A stretch of DNA of 64,000 nucleotides, taken from assembly GCA_036785375.1 (NCBI GenBank), contig JAWMAR010000084.1, forward strand, positions 7,130,001-7,194,000. Reading direction: 5' to 3'. This document shows positions 49,836-62,117 of this stretch, one piece after another (the first letter of the stretch is position 1; each line of letters begins with the position of its first letter). This DNA comes from Leucoraja ocellata. Taxonomy: Eukaryota. The notes beneath the pieces are model-generated. The model worked only from the letters and a program-made list of their open reading frames with translations. It had not been told where the DNA came from and made no database searches. Both the position numbers and the translations under genes were made by a program.

Positions 49836-50697
49836 AGGGCCTGTCCCACTGCGGGGACCTAATTAGCGCGTTTAGAAGAGTTTGCGCTTGACTCAAACTC
49901 GCAACAGAGTCGACATGTGGTCCAAGGAGGTCCTAGGAGGTCACTGTAACTCTCCTTCATGCTCAAGAGAGAAGTTCCCGCATACTCGCAGCCTCAGTTT
50001 GGTCGAGGAAAAATTATCAACATGCTGAAAATTTTTTTGCAGGTAAAGATTGGTCGGCATGGTTCTTTTGAACTCGTAGTGCAGTGGAGTGGGGTCGCTA
50101 TGTAGTTATAGGCAGTCGAGGTAGCCATAGGCAATCTCCTTTGCTGACCTGGCAATTTAATTGGCTCATTGGAGTTTTCAGAACCAAGGAAAAATGACCG
50201 GTAATGTTCAATGCCCGCTAAACTTTATTAAAAGTTGTCTGGCTTCTTAAAAGTGTCTCCACTACCCCCTTCCCTCCCCTTCTCTCCCCCTCTCACCCCT
50301 TCTCTCTCTCTCCCCCCCCCCCCCCCCGCGCCCTCTAAAGGACTTACCGTACACTGTGCCAGCCGTCTTTTACCTTCCTGTTCATCGCGGGTGTGAATTT
50401 CAAACAGCGCTCCCCACTTTCCCTGGNNNNNNNNNNNNNNNNNNNNNNNNNNNNNNNNNNNNNNNNNNNNNNNNNNNNNNNNNNNNNNNNNNNNNNNNNN
50501 NNNNNNNNNNNNNNNNNNNNNNNNNNNNNNNNNNNNNNNNNNNNNNNNNNNNNNNNNNNNNNNNNNNNNNNNNNNNNNNNNNNNNNNNGTGGTTTCATTG
50601 CTGATGGTCGATCGAGCTCGCGGGTTTTCAGGCGAGTGCCCTCGAGCTTGAAGGTCGAAGACAGTTGCTGAAAAGTCGAGTTAGTGGGACAAGCCCT
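49836..50697. mobile_element. Harbinger-like MITE spanning the assembly gap
   Basis: agggcctgtcccact at the left end and agtgggacaagccct at the right end; same TIR family as 3870-5072. Confidence 0.7.
50427..50588. other. Assembly gap (162 N)
   Basis: Run of N. Confidence 1.
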
Positions 50698-50830
50698 GAA
50701 CTCTTCCAAGAAAATGTGTGTGGGCCACATGAATTTCGACCTTCAGGAAAAGGCCATACAGTAACTGAAGAAAGAATGCAAGCTGAGCAATCTTACACCA
50801 TATGTCCAAAGGACACAATGCCATTGGCTA

Positions 50831-52530
50831 TCTCTATTACTAAAAGTCTGATCTTGACCACTTCCTGTTGTTCTGTATATTGATTTTAGAAATAATTCTG
50901 CCACTTATGGTTGTGATTTTTGGCCATCTTACTCAGAGTCACCCTCCGCTGTGCAGGACAAGAGGATTTTTTTCCATCGATGAAAAATAAAAGAGTTATT
51001 AGTGTGTAAAAAATGTTGAGATTCTCTCTCCTGAAGGCCACGCCCCTTCCGGAGGGACTATAAAACCCGGAAGTGTTGAATGTCTCAGTGAGTCTCTGCA
51101 AGATGGGGGAGCGAGAGGGTCACGTCTCTCAGTCTGAGCTGTGAATAACACTGAACACATTTCTACTAAACTGTGAGTGTGGTTTTACTGACCTTGAGTG
51201 CCCTTAATGTGGTTTGAAAATGAAAGCGTGGTTGATTTGAAATATAGCACAGCAAATGGTTGGTGGTGGTTGGTTTGAAATAAAGCACAGCAAATGGTTG
51301 GTGGTTGGTTTGAAATAAAGCAAATGATTAAATGTCTAAACTTGACAACTTCCTGTTTGCACTGTATATTGATTTTAAATAAAATGCTACCATTTACCAC
51401 TGTGATTTTTGGCCATTTTACTCAGTCCCCCTCTGCTCATCAGGTGCAGAGGATTCTTCCCATTAATGAAAAATAAAAGTGTAATTAATATTTAAAATCT
51501 TTGAGAATCTCTCGCCTGCCAATCACACAATAAAGGCCACGCCTCTTCCGGTGGGAAGGAGGAGGGATTATAAACCCGGAAGTGTGCATGTGGCTTAGTC
51601 TCTGCAAGATGGGGAAGGGAGAGGTCACAACTCTTTCTAAGCTGTGAATCAGTTGAACACACTGAATGTCTACTGAACTGTGAGTGTGGTGTTCATGTGG
51701 TGTTGTGGTGTTTTGTGTGGTTTTATGGTAGTTTCACCCTGCTTGAAATGGTATGAATTTGCATTTGAATGTGGTGGCTTGCATCCTGCTTGAAGTGGCA
51801 TGAAACTGCACTTGAATTTGGTGGCCTTGCACCCTGCTTGAAATGGCATGAAACTGCACTTGAATTTGGTAGCCTTGCACCCTGCTTGAAGTGGCATGAA
51901 ACAGCACTTGAATGTGGTGGCCTTGCACCGTGCTTGAAATGGCATGAAAATGCATTTGAATTTGGTGGCCTTGCAAACCTGCTCGAAATAGCATGAAACT
52001 GCACTTGAACTTGGCGGACTTGCACCCTGCTTGAAGTGCATGAAACTGCACTTGAATTTGGTGGCCTTGCACTCTGCTTGAAGTGGCATGAAACTGCACT
52101 CATGTTTGGTGGCCTTGCTCCCTGCTTGATGTGGTAGGAAACTGCACTTGAATTTGATGGCCTTGCACCCTGCTTGAAGTGGTCGGAAACTGCACTTGAA
52201 TTCGGTGGCCTTACTCCCTGCTTGAAGTGGTAGGAAACTGCACTGGAATTTGGTGGCCTTGCACCCTGCTTGAAGTGGTAAGAAACCCCACCTGAATTTG
52301 GTGGTCTTGCACCCTGCTTGAAATGGTAGGAAACTGCATTTGAATTTGGTGGCATTGCATCCAGCTTGAAATGGAATTTGAAGGAATAGCCCACCAATAA
52401 GAGCTGCTAGCCCACCAGCCGTGAGTGAGCTGTCACCCCAAGAATCCATTTGGCCCACAATGTCCATACTAGCCCTCTGGAAACAAGTCCCTTTAGCCCA
52501 CAACACCCATACTAATGCTCCAGAAAGCAC
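50831..52530 (+). mobile_element. Non-autonomous Helitron copy 2 (3' hairpin end missing)
   Basis: Starts a|TCTCTATTACTAAAAGTCTGATCTTGACC and is collinear with the reverse complement of 31366 down to ~29750. Confidence 0.8.
51735..52385. repeat. 48-bp minisatellite (~13-14 units)
   Basis: Reverse complement of the unit at 29936. Confidence 0.95.
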
Positions 52531-52664
52531 CTTATGAAAATATTCCAGTACAAGTTGATTTTTACAAGATAGTTTCTGCTGCACATTTGAAAAACAGCAG
52601 AGCCGTAAACATTTATGACACATTGTGTCAGTTGCATGGCAATTTGTAGAGGAATTGACATACC

Positions 52665-52866
52665 TGCAGGCTGACAGGTATTTTTAAAGTGGAGATTCTT
52701 GATTAACTAGGGTGTTAAAGGTATTCTTGATTAATAAGGGTGTCAAAGGTATTGGGAGAAGCTAGGAGAATGGTGTTGAGAGGGAAAGATGGATCAGCCA
52801 TGATTAAATGTTGTGACTCGATGGGCCGAAAAGCCTAATTCTGCTCCTATGACTTATGAACATGAA
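52665..52866 (+). mobile_element. CR1 3' tail
   Basis: gattcttgatta..ggatcagccatgat..gcctaattctgctcctatg. Confidence 0.75.
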
Positions 52867-53772
52867 CTTATCATTTCACCCATACACAAGCATGGGTTTG
52901 GTAAGTCTCAATGTTCCACCAATTGCTCTACTCACCTTCGCTGCTATTTAAATTAATATGTTTTCTCTTAATTCTGATGATGTCTTCAACCTGAAATGTT
53001 AATTAATTTCCTTTTCCACGCATGCTGCTTGACTGGTTTCTTCAGCATTTCTGCTTTTTAAAACAAAATTCAGCTTCCGTTGTTATATTTGACTTTTCTC
53101 AGAATCTTACGTTTTCCTTGGTGGGAATCCTGTAAGTAACGTTATGAATAGGGTGTGTAGGAAAGAACTGCAGATGCTGGTTTAAATCAAAGGTAGGCAT
53201 AAAATGCTGGAGTAGCTTTTTGGATGTTGTTTCAGATTCAATTTTCAGATTCAATTTTAATTGTCATTGTCAGTGTACAGTACAGAGACAACGAAATGCA
53301 TTTAGCATCTCCCTTGAAGAGCGACATAGCAAACGATTTGAATAAAAAATAATAAGTGTCCGGGGAGGGGGGGGGGGGTGGTGATTGGCAGTCACCGAGG
53401 TACGTTGTTGAGGTACGTTGTTGTTTTCCTCTTAATTCAAGATTGAATTGTTAATAAAATGATAATTTATTATTTCAGATACTTGTATTGCATTTTTGTG
53501 TTTTTTTTGACTGAACATCTTGTGCTTTGGAACACAAACAGATTACATTAAAACTAATGTGAAATGTTGTTACGATTTGCCAACTTTCACTTAATCAATG
53601 TTCCAAGAACAGAATCTGTTCAAAAATTGAGGAACATCAGACTTCCCCAATTGCCTTCCCACTGAAGGGGGGAGAGCAGAATTAGAACACATCAGAACTG
53701 TCTGTACAGTTGTACATAATTTTGTAGATATAAGTAGATTGTTAAAGTGGCAAGACAAAATCTGGAGATGAT

Positions 53773-53962
53773 CACACAAAGCTGGAGAAACTTAGCGGGT
53801 CAGACAGCATCTCTGGAGAAAAGGAATAGTTGACGTTTTGGGTAGAGCCCAGAAACGTCACCTATCCCTTTTCTCCAGAGATGCCTTCTGATCCAATGAG
53901 TTACTCCAGCTTTTTGTGTCTATCTTCGGTTTAAACCAGCATCTGCCGTTACTTACTACACA
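53773..53962. mobile_element. Inverted pair of PLE-derived units (hairpin)
   Basis: acacaaagctggag..gcatctctggagaaaagg..gacgttt versus aaacgtc..ccttttctccagagatgc..ctccagctttttgtgt. Confidence 0.8.
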
Positions 53963-54631
53963 AGACCAAATCTGCTGTGAGTACATATCCTCCGCAACCT
54001 TTGTCTAATTTCTGTCTCTCGTCATAATCCTTTAAACAAAACTGCAGATGCCAACAGTTACTAATGAAAATAGAATGGTTCTGACAAATGCAAAAATGGC
54101 TGCTGTGGAAGTCACCATCTAACATTGCCAGGGCAATGCAAGAATAGATGAATAATGATTAGATCACCAAACAGAATTCAATAGTTATTTTATGGATGAA
54201 AGGCTTTGAGCGCCATGTCTATGTTTATTGATTGCATACTCACTGACACTGATCATAGGATTGCAGCATGCCACCCAAGAACTTTGCAGCAGTGGGAGGG
54301 GAAAGAAAGCAAGCCCCATCAAAGCTGAAAAAGGAGAGAGAGAGAGAGAGATGTGGAGGAAAAAGATAATAACAAATGAAGTTGGGGAGCAAATCAGATC
54401 TTGAGAGGAATTCTCGAGGGCAGAAGGGTTAACTTAAAAAGGACACCAATCAGAAAGATTAAGTAATTCTATAACAGTCTGAGCTGATGTGCAAAATAAA
54501 TATGTTATTTTCACTGATGACATGTAACCAAGGAGCTGCAGACATAATTATAAAGGTTTGCAACAGTAACTGGTGTTGCTCATACTCCCTTTAGACCATA
54601 AGTCCTTAAGACATAGAAGCATGTGTTGAAC

Positions 54632-54902
54632 CAGTAGAGTTACTGCCTTACAGCGCCATAGACCCGGGTTTGATCATGACCACGGGTGCTGTCTATACAG
54701 TGCATGAATGTTCTACTTGTGACCATGTGGGATTTCTCCAGGTGCTTTGGTTTTCTCCCACATTCCAAAGACGTGCAAGTTTGTAGGTTAACTGGCTTCT
54801 CTAAATTGTCTCCAGTATATGGGTATGGGTGATCACTGGTTGATGCAGACTCGGTGGGTCAAAGGGCTAGTTCCCACGCTGTATCTCTGAACTAAACTAA
54901 AA
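54632..54902 (+). mobile_element. V-SINE nested in an antisense CR1 tail (~54592-55120)
   Basis: gtagagttactgccttacagcgcc..ggtttgatc..ctaaactaaa. Confidence 0.8.
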
Positions 54903-57367
54903 CAGAATTAGACCATTCAGCTCATCCGCCTTTCAATCTTGGCTGATCTATTTTCCCTCTCAATCCCATTCTCCTGCCTTTTCCCTGTAACCTTTGACAC
55001 CCTTCCTAAGCAAGAACCTATCAATCTCTGCTTTAAAAATCCCCAATGTCTCAGCCTCCCCAGCAGTCTGTGGCAATGGATTCCACAGATTCACTGGCCT
55101 CTGGCTAAAGAAATTCCTACCATATCACATGCAACTGCTATGACAATAATCTGTAGTCTCCTGATACCCTACCCTCCCCATCCGAGCAGTAGAACATGTT
55201 TGAGGATCAGTGGTTGCAGAACTGTAGGTCCTTTTGAACATCTAATTAACTATTGTGTGGGAAATAAATAAGAGAAGTTGTGGGACTGGAAAGAACAAAG
55301 TAAGTTATGCCTCACGCACTTGCAATAGAAAAGGTATGTTGGAACAGATTTTAGTCTCTACACTCCACATTGTGATGTTAATTCCATATAAATTAGCAGG
55401 ATACAGCATGGTTTGGCAAAACTGTCTTCAATATTCTACTTTATCTTTCTCTTGTCCTTATCCAAAAAATATTTGATTTACTGAAGGAATAAACAAAATG
55501 ATGTATTTTCTTTCTTAATCATTATTTCCTCGCAATCACCAATTCCTCATGGATGTAGGCGGCAACAAACATCTCCACTTGGCCTCTGAGCTTTGTGTTC
55601 AGTTACTTATTTTTTAAGACAGTGCCATGCAATTGAATATTAATTTGTTTTAGCATGTTACCTCCTCCTCCTCAGCATCTGATTAATAAACTGCAGCAGT
55701 GTTGAAAAAAGTACAAATGCATCAGAGATATTTATATGGGGCTAACATACCATTGTTCACCTGCTACATTTCGTGGCAACTTTTAAAAACTGATTTTTGC
55801 AAGTAATGACAAAGTCTGACAGAAGTTTCTGCCTTGTTATAATATAACCATAAATCTGTGATTTTAATATATTCTGGCACATTTAAAACAGCAGCCTTAT
55901 TACAGAATTTACATATATTCATTTGAAATCAAGCATTGCTCTCCAAGATTATTTATGAGCCACATTAATAACTATCCCAGCCCAACTTTACAGCACAGTA
56001 CTTTTCTTCAACCTTTGTAGATTTCAAAATACACTCATATATTTCATTAATAGACGACTTGTAGTTCCTCTTAGCTACGCCTTTGGTTGCCCACTTAGTA
56101 ATGCATAAGTTGTAAAATTATGCACATTTCAGCTCTCTGTTTTGCTCTACCCAGCCATTTAAATACTGAATATGTTGATTTAATTTCACAATTCCAATGC
56201 AAGATAATGTTTCTATTTTTGCAAACTATTATGAAATGTACCATATTTCATGAACTGGGGTCTTCATAGTTAGTCGTTGAAAGATAAAGATTTGTGGATC
56301 ATCGATTTTATCTAGAAAGTTTGAGGTTGAGTGGCTCACCAAGAATAGTGTCCCGTCAACATTATGTCAAGGTAGTGAATGCAGTAAAATCCTCAATATA
56401 TGTATTTCCTTTTCATCTTCCTACTTTTAGTTCAAATTCAGAGATTTCTGATGAAATTCTGCCTAACAAGCTAGGAAATACAAAGGTTTAAAAAGTGCCA
56501 GTTATGCAGCAATGTAGCGTAGAAGCTTCGGAACATTTAGAAATGAGATTCGATTAAGCTTCAGCAAAATATAACAAAAGTCAATTGCACCATTTTTCCA
56601 AACATTATTTCATTGTCAGCATACAATTAGTAGCCTTAAATATTTACCTCAAATAAAGTATACTCAGTGGAAAGGCACAAACTAAAATCTTTACAATTCT
56701 AAGTCACCCACAGATGTCAAAACAAAATTTGCTAGACTGAAAAATCTTTATATTGAATAATTTGTAAGGATTGACGGCATTGTGTTTCCAGATCTCAATT
56801 AACATCATCAAATATAAATAGAATAAATTGCAAGATGAAAATTTGGAAAATAAAAAAGATTGAAAATGAAATATCACAATAGTTGATGGTACTGCAATAT
56901 TTTAAAGAAGTTAATAAGAGTGATATTAATTGAATTTTGATACCTAGTTAAGATATATGATATCAGTGTGGATGATCACAAGGTTTAGCAAAGAGGAAGA
57001 TAGAAGTAGGTTAAAATAGGAAGGGAACAATTTCAAACATTTCGTGAGGCTAATCTTTAGCCATAGAATTGGGCAGAGGGACTGAAAACATAAATGAATA
57101 TTTAAAAACTGAGACAAGATGCAAGCGGAGTTCAGTGAGTTCAGGAAGAAGGGTGGGGTTGATTTAGTGCAAGTTAGGAAACAGCTGGTAGAAATTTGAT
57201 GAGCTTCTATTGTAGAAAATGGGATGGCATTAAATTGGACAGTTTGGAGTCAACAAAGTCTGTGATGAAGAATTTAACTCAAAATGAAATAAGTTGGGAT
57301 CGACTTGAGCGATGTCACTGATGTGGAATTTTGCAGTCTTGGTGATGAAATGTTATTGTAAATTCAT

Positions 57368-58643
57368 CCTGGTGTCAAATGCATGGTGTCTACTATCTGC
57401 AACAGTCTAGCACCACACCAGCAGAAGCAGCCTCTTTTGCCCCAAACAGCTCCTTCCCTTCCGTGGTCATCACTGACCGCTGACATCTTTGAATGGCATG
57501 GAAAACACTATCTAGTTCTTGTAGACTCTTACTCGGGATTGTTCGAAATAGACTTACTGCGAACCATTTCCTCTGAGTCTGTGATCGAGAAGCTGCAACA
57601 ACACCTTTCCATACATGGCTCACCAGTACGCATTCAGACTGACAATGGCAGGCAATTTACCAGCTAAGCATTTAAGAACTTTGCTAAAAGATGGAACTTC
57701 CAACTCGTCACCAGCAGCCCAAAGTTCCCGCAGCCCAAAGTTCCCGCAGGACTGGCCGAGCGCGCTGTTCGGAGTGCAAAACAACTCATGGAACGTTCCT
57801 ACGTGGAAAAATCCGACGTTTACCTGGACTTGCTCAACCTACGAAACATTGCACGGGACAGCGTGCTTGGTTCCCCCGCCCAGCAAATAATGTCCTGCCA
57901 GACACATCCACCCTTGCCTGTCTCTCAGCAGCAGCTGCAGCCGTGCGTCCGCTCCCTAACCGCGGTGCAGAAGCAACTGCAATTTAAATGCGACACACAA
58001 AAGCGCTACTACGACAAGTCGAGCAAGCCACTTAAACCTCTGGCACGTGGGCCGATGGTCCGCCTGCAAACCAACAAAGGACATACCCGGCTGGGACACA
58101 TTTTCGGCCCTTCCAAAGAAACACGTTCGTACCTGGTCGAAGTTGCCGGTGTCATCTACAGACGCAACCGTCAACATATCCTTCCGGTGAAGGAACCTCA
58201 TCCTGCTCCTACTGGCCCTGATGCCCCGCTTCTCGTGTATGCACCAAGGACTGTTCCAGCTACTCCACTTCCAGCTGTTGTTGCTGCTGCGTGTTTCCCG
58301 TGTCGGTTTACACCTAGCTCGCCCGTGGTGACTTCTCCCACCAGGCCTGCCAGGTCGCCGGTCGTGTCCCCACTCCCGATTCCCATTTTTTCGCCCACAA
58401 AACGAGGTGAGGCGGCCTCCTACTGCACAGGGGCCGGATGGGTTTGCAGGCCACCCATTAGATATGGTGATTTTTGTATAATCTTGCTGGCATGTTCCCC
58501 TTGGTATATAGTTTAAGGTCCGTAGCTACTTTCTATTTTCTACAAGAAGAGATGTAGATTGGTTATTGCATGCTAGCCAATTAGAGTGTTTGTTGGTAGT
58601 AGCCCGGCCTAGTATGTTTTATAATATTAGGAACTCGCCTACA
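57368..58643 (+). mobile_element. Gypsy integrase fragment with PPT and short 3' LTR
   Basis: PWSSLTADIF, LVLVDSYSG, TDNGRQF and GLAERAV (DDE); stop at 57665-57667; PPT aagaagaga followed by TGTAG..CTACA at 58553-58643. Confidence 0.88.
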
Positions 58644-59079
58644 TCAGGCAGTAGATGTAGAAGCTTGGACATGTAATGTGCTGCATATCCAATACTGTAA
58701 GTAGTTTAATAAAAAATGTGTTGTATCCTTAAATGTGTATGAGTCCGGTAAAGAATCACTGGCTAAGAAATGGATATTATGGTCTGGTCTGATGTCAGTT
58801 ATTCCTGTTCCAATGTTTAGATGGAGGTAATTTCTCAATGTCCAGTCAAGATCTTGGTGTGAGCATTTAGTCAGCAGAGAGGTTACATTAATGATGGTCA
58901 AGGAGATCTACTGTCAGTAAACGTGTGAAACACAAGTGTGTTTTCATTTGAGATCATCAAAGAACAGGTTGTAGGTGAGAAGGGCAGTCATGATTGATCA
59001 ATGGAGCTCCATGTAGGAACAAGAAGAGACAATTTTCTGGTTTTAGATAAGACAAAAAAAACTAGTAGGGGTAATGTCG

Positions 59080-59435
59080 CAAAGTGATGGAGTAACTCAA
59101 CAGGTCAGACAGCATCCCTGGAGAACATGAATAGATGATGTTTCGGATCAGGACCCTTCATCACATCCATGTTATCCGTGGATGCTAACTGACCATCTGA
59201 GTTACTCCAGCAATTTGTGTCTTTTTTGTGTAAACCCGCATCTGTAGTTTCTTGTTTCTATGCTAAGGGTAACATCAGCCAGCTGGATGATGATAAAGAA
59301 GCAGTGGAGAAGGATTGGGTGTTCAAAGTGAAAATCAGTCTGAAGTATGGTCTCGACCCAAAAGGTCACCCGTTCCTTCTCTCCAGAGATGCTGCCTGTC
59401 CTGCTGAGTTACTCCAGCATTTTGTCTCTGCTTTC
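59080..59435. mobile_element. PLE-derived units: inverted pair (59080-59260) plus a sense copy (~59335-59435)
   Basis: ggagtaactca..gcatcc / ggatgc..gagttactcc; cagtctgaagtatggtctcgacccaaaaggtc. Confidence 0.7.
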
Positions 59436-59862
59436 GATAGGATGTTCAACCACATTGAAGACTGATGGTGGAATGAGTAGGCATAGGTCACAATGATCAC
59501 ACTCATGTAGGGTGTAGGATGTAGGACTCTGGTAAAGATATTTCAGCAAACAAATATTTCGGTATACTTTCTCTTAACTATTATTTTATTCCACTTGACT
59601 TCTTTTCTTTTGTTGCTCGTCAAACATTTTGAACTCTGAAATTGCATTATATAAATTATTGGAAATGTTTTATACACAGTATTCATGCTTTTCATTACAT
59701 CAGAATAAGATTGTAAGGACTTTGGATGATTAAATCTGTGCAATATTGTAAGTCAGGCAATCCGTGGAACGAAACAGAATATATGTTTCAAGTTCCAGAC
59801 ATTTTTATGGGCAAGGGCTTGTTACCTGAAACATTCACATTTCTTTTCCACTTACGTTGTCT

Positions 59863-60625
59863 AACATAGAAACATAGAAACATAGAAAATAGGTACAGGA
59901 GTAGGCCATTCGGACCTTCGAGCCTGAACCGCCATTCAATATGATCATGGCTGATCATCCAACTCAGTATCCTGTAACTGCCTTCTCTCCATACCTCCTG
60001 ATCCCTTTAGCCACAAGGGCCACATCTAACTCCCTCTTAAATATAGCCAATGAACTGGCCTCAACTACCTTCTGTGGCAGAGATTTCCAGAGATTCACCA
60101 CTCTTTGTGTGAAAAATGTTTTTCTCATCTCGGTCCTAAAAGATTTCCCCCTTATCCTTAAACTGTGACCCCTTGTTCTGGACTTCCCCAACATTGTGAA
60201 CAATCTTCCTGCATCTAGCCTGTCCATCCTTAAGAATGTTGTAAGTTTCCATAAGATCCCCCCTCAATCTTCTAAATTCTAGCGAGTACAAGCCGAGTCT
60301 ATCCAGTCTTTCTTCATATGAAAGTCCTGACATCCCAGGAATCTGTCTGGTGAGCCTTCTCTGTACTCCCTCTATGGCAAGAATGTCTTTCCTCAGATTA
60401 GGAGACCAAACTGTATGCAATACTCCAGGTGTGGTCTCACCAAGACCCTGTACAACTGCAGAAGAACCTCCCGGCTCCTATACTCAAATCCTTTTGCTAT
60501 GAATGCTAACATACCATTCGCTTTCTTCACTGCCTGCTGCACCTGCATGCCTACTTTCAAAGACTGGTGTACCATGACACCCAGGTCTCGTTGCATCTCC
60601 CCTTTTCCTAATCGGCCACCATTCA
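59863..60625 (-). mobile_element. 5'-truncated CR1 (same subfamily as 12496 and 62590)
   Basis: RPHLEY and RRLRGDL; (catagaaa)n tail on the plus strand; ctaac on both flanks. Confidence 0.93.
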
Positions 60626-60703
60626 CCTAACGTGCTGATAGTTTACAGCATTTTTTGCTTTATTGGCGATTTACAGCAGTTTTTAATTTTTAATATGCAC
60701 CTA

Positions 60704-60838
60704 ATCAGACTGAAGAAGGGTTTCGGCCCGAAACGTTACCTATTTCCTTCGCTCCATAGATGCTGCCTCAACCGCTGAGTTTCTCCAACATTGTTGTCTA
60801 CCTTCGATTTTCCAGCATCTGCAGTTCCTTCTTAAACA
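60704..60838 (+). mobile_element. PLE-derived mini-element with hammerhead-like core
   Basis: CTGAAGA-A-GGGT-TTCG-GCCC-GAAACGTT at 60709-60737, followed by the standard unit. Confidence 0.8.
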
Positions 60839-61399
60839 AATAAAATCTAAGTTCAGTTTTCAGCTTTATTGTAAATATTTATGATGGAATCATACTTTAC
60901 AGTAGGCATACAGGAGGAGAATTCAATTTATTAATGACATGGACCGCATTGTAATTTGTCTTCAGTACGTTTTTCAATTATAAAAACATTTAAAATAGTA
61001 GCAATGGAAATCAGGCATTTATCTGCCTGGGCAGATTATTTAGGTACCTGCAGAGCCAGTACCAGCTTAAATCTCAGCTAAACCCAAGAGAAGATTATGG
61101 TGATAAATCACGAAGTATTTTATGCAAACCACAAACATGCACAGACACACAGTAGGAGCTAATGCACACATCACAGTTTTGATGGCTTGTGTTCAACTGA
61201 AGGGGAGAAAATCAAATTTGTTTATTCAGTGTTGGAGATAACTTTGCTATTGAGTCTGAACAGGTTGAATCTAACGAGGGTTCTATTTGGACTAGTTTAA
61301 AAAAAACACCTGATGAGTGACATGAGGCAGTGACAAAATAATACTGTACAAAGTTTTGCAATGCAATCTATAATAGGAAAGTAACCACCCCTCTTGTCA

Positions 61400-61680
61400 T
61401 GTCACTTCCCCATGCCACTGGTGGAGATGCAACACCTTCTGCTTAACTCTTTCCTTCCAATCACCCAGAATGTCAACCACTCCTTCCAGTTGAACGACAA
61501 TTGACTTTTATGCAGTCAAGTGTAATGTACTACATCTGATGCTCACAATGTGGGCTCTTCTATATTAGAGAAACCAAAAGCAGTTTGGGTGACTGCTTTG
61601 GTGAGTTTCTGTGTTCAGTGTTTAGCAACGATAATTATTTTTTTATTGCATGCCACTTGCTCCATCCCAGTCCCACTCCC
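61400..61680 (+). mobile_element. Decayed Penelope GIY-YIG endonuclease remnant
   Basis: VMYYI*CSQCGLFYIRETKSSLGDCFGE resembles the PLE GIY-YIG motif (VIY..C..C.L.YIGET). Confidence 0.65.
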
Positions 61681-61693
61681 ACTCTGGCGTTAA

Positions 61694-61948
61694 AGGAACA
61701 TTACAAGCCGTGAGAGAGCAGTAGGAAAAGCCTAGCCAATGACGTCCAACACAAGCTCAGCAAGAGTATCAGAGGATCAGTTGCATTCAGTATCCAATTC
61801 TACAACTAAAGAAACTTACTTCTCTCTCTGTTTCAGGTTTGTGACTAGGTTAGCCATCTGCAATATTGGCTCAATTATACTAACACCAGTAGCCTGGCCT
61901 GAGCAGCTAGGCTTTTCATCCTGCTCTCTCACGGCTTGTAATTTTCCT
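61694..61948. mobile_element. Kolobok-like MITE with ~45-bp TIRs
   Basis: 61692-61736 matches the reverse complement of 61906-61950 with 3 mismatches; left junction TTAA|AGG, right junction CCT|ttgt. Confidence 0.65.
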
Positions 61949-62117
61949 TTGTTTATGTTCTCTCTCTTTAACTGCCCCCTTTCATTTATTAACTACGGTA
62001 GATGTATTTCATCTACGGCATATCCACACAGCAACAATGCCCTCCAACATATGCAAGATATTCCCTTTGTCCTATCCCTCAGCCTCTGCAAAAAAGTTGT
62101 TTTCTCTCTTTCCCACT

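Noticed and set aside
50344-50730. ORFs containing X runs
   Set aside because: Artefacts of the N gap.
51670-52623. 317-aa and 224-aa repeat ORFs as genes
   Set aside because: They result from a stop-free 48-bp unit; the frame switches at indels and the ORF crosses an element junction.
14400-58643. One giant LTR element joining the RT (14.4-16 kb) and integrase (57.4-58.6 kb) fragments
   Set aside because: They are 41 kb apart, share no LTR, and appear to be from different Gypsy lineages.
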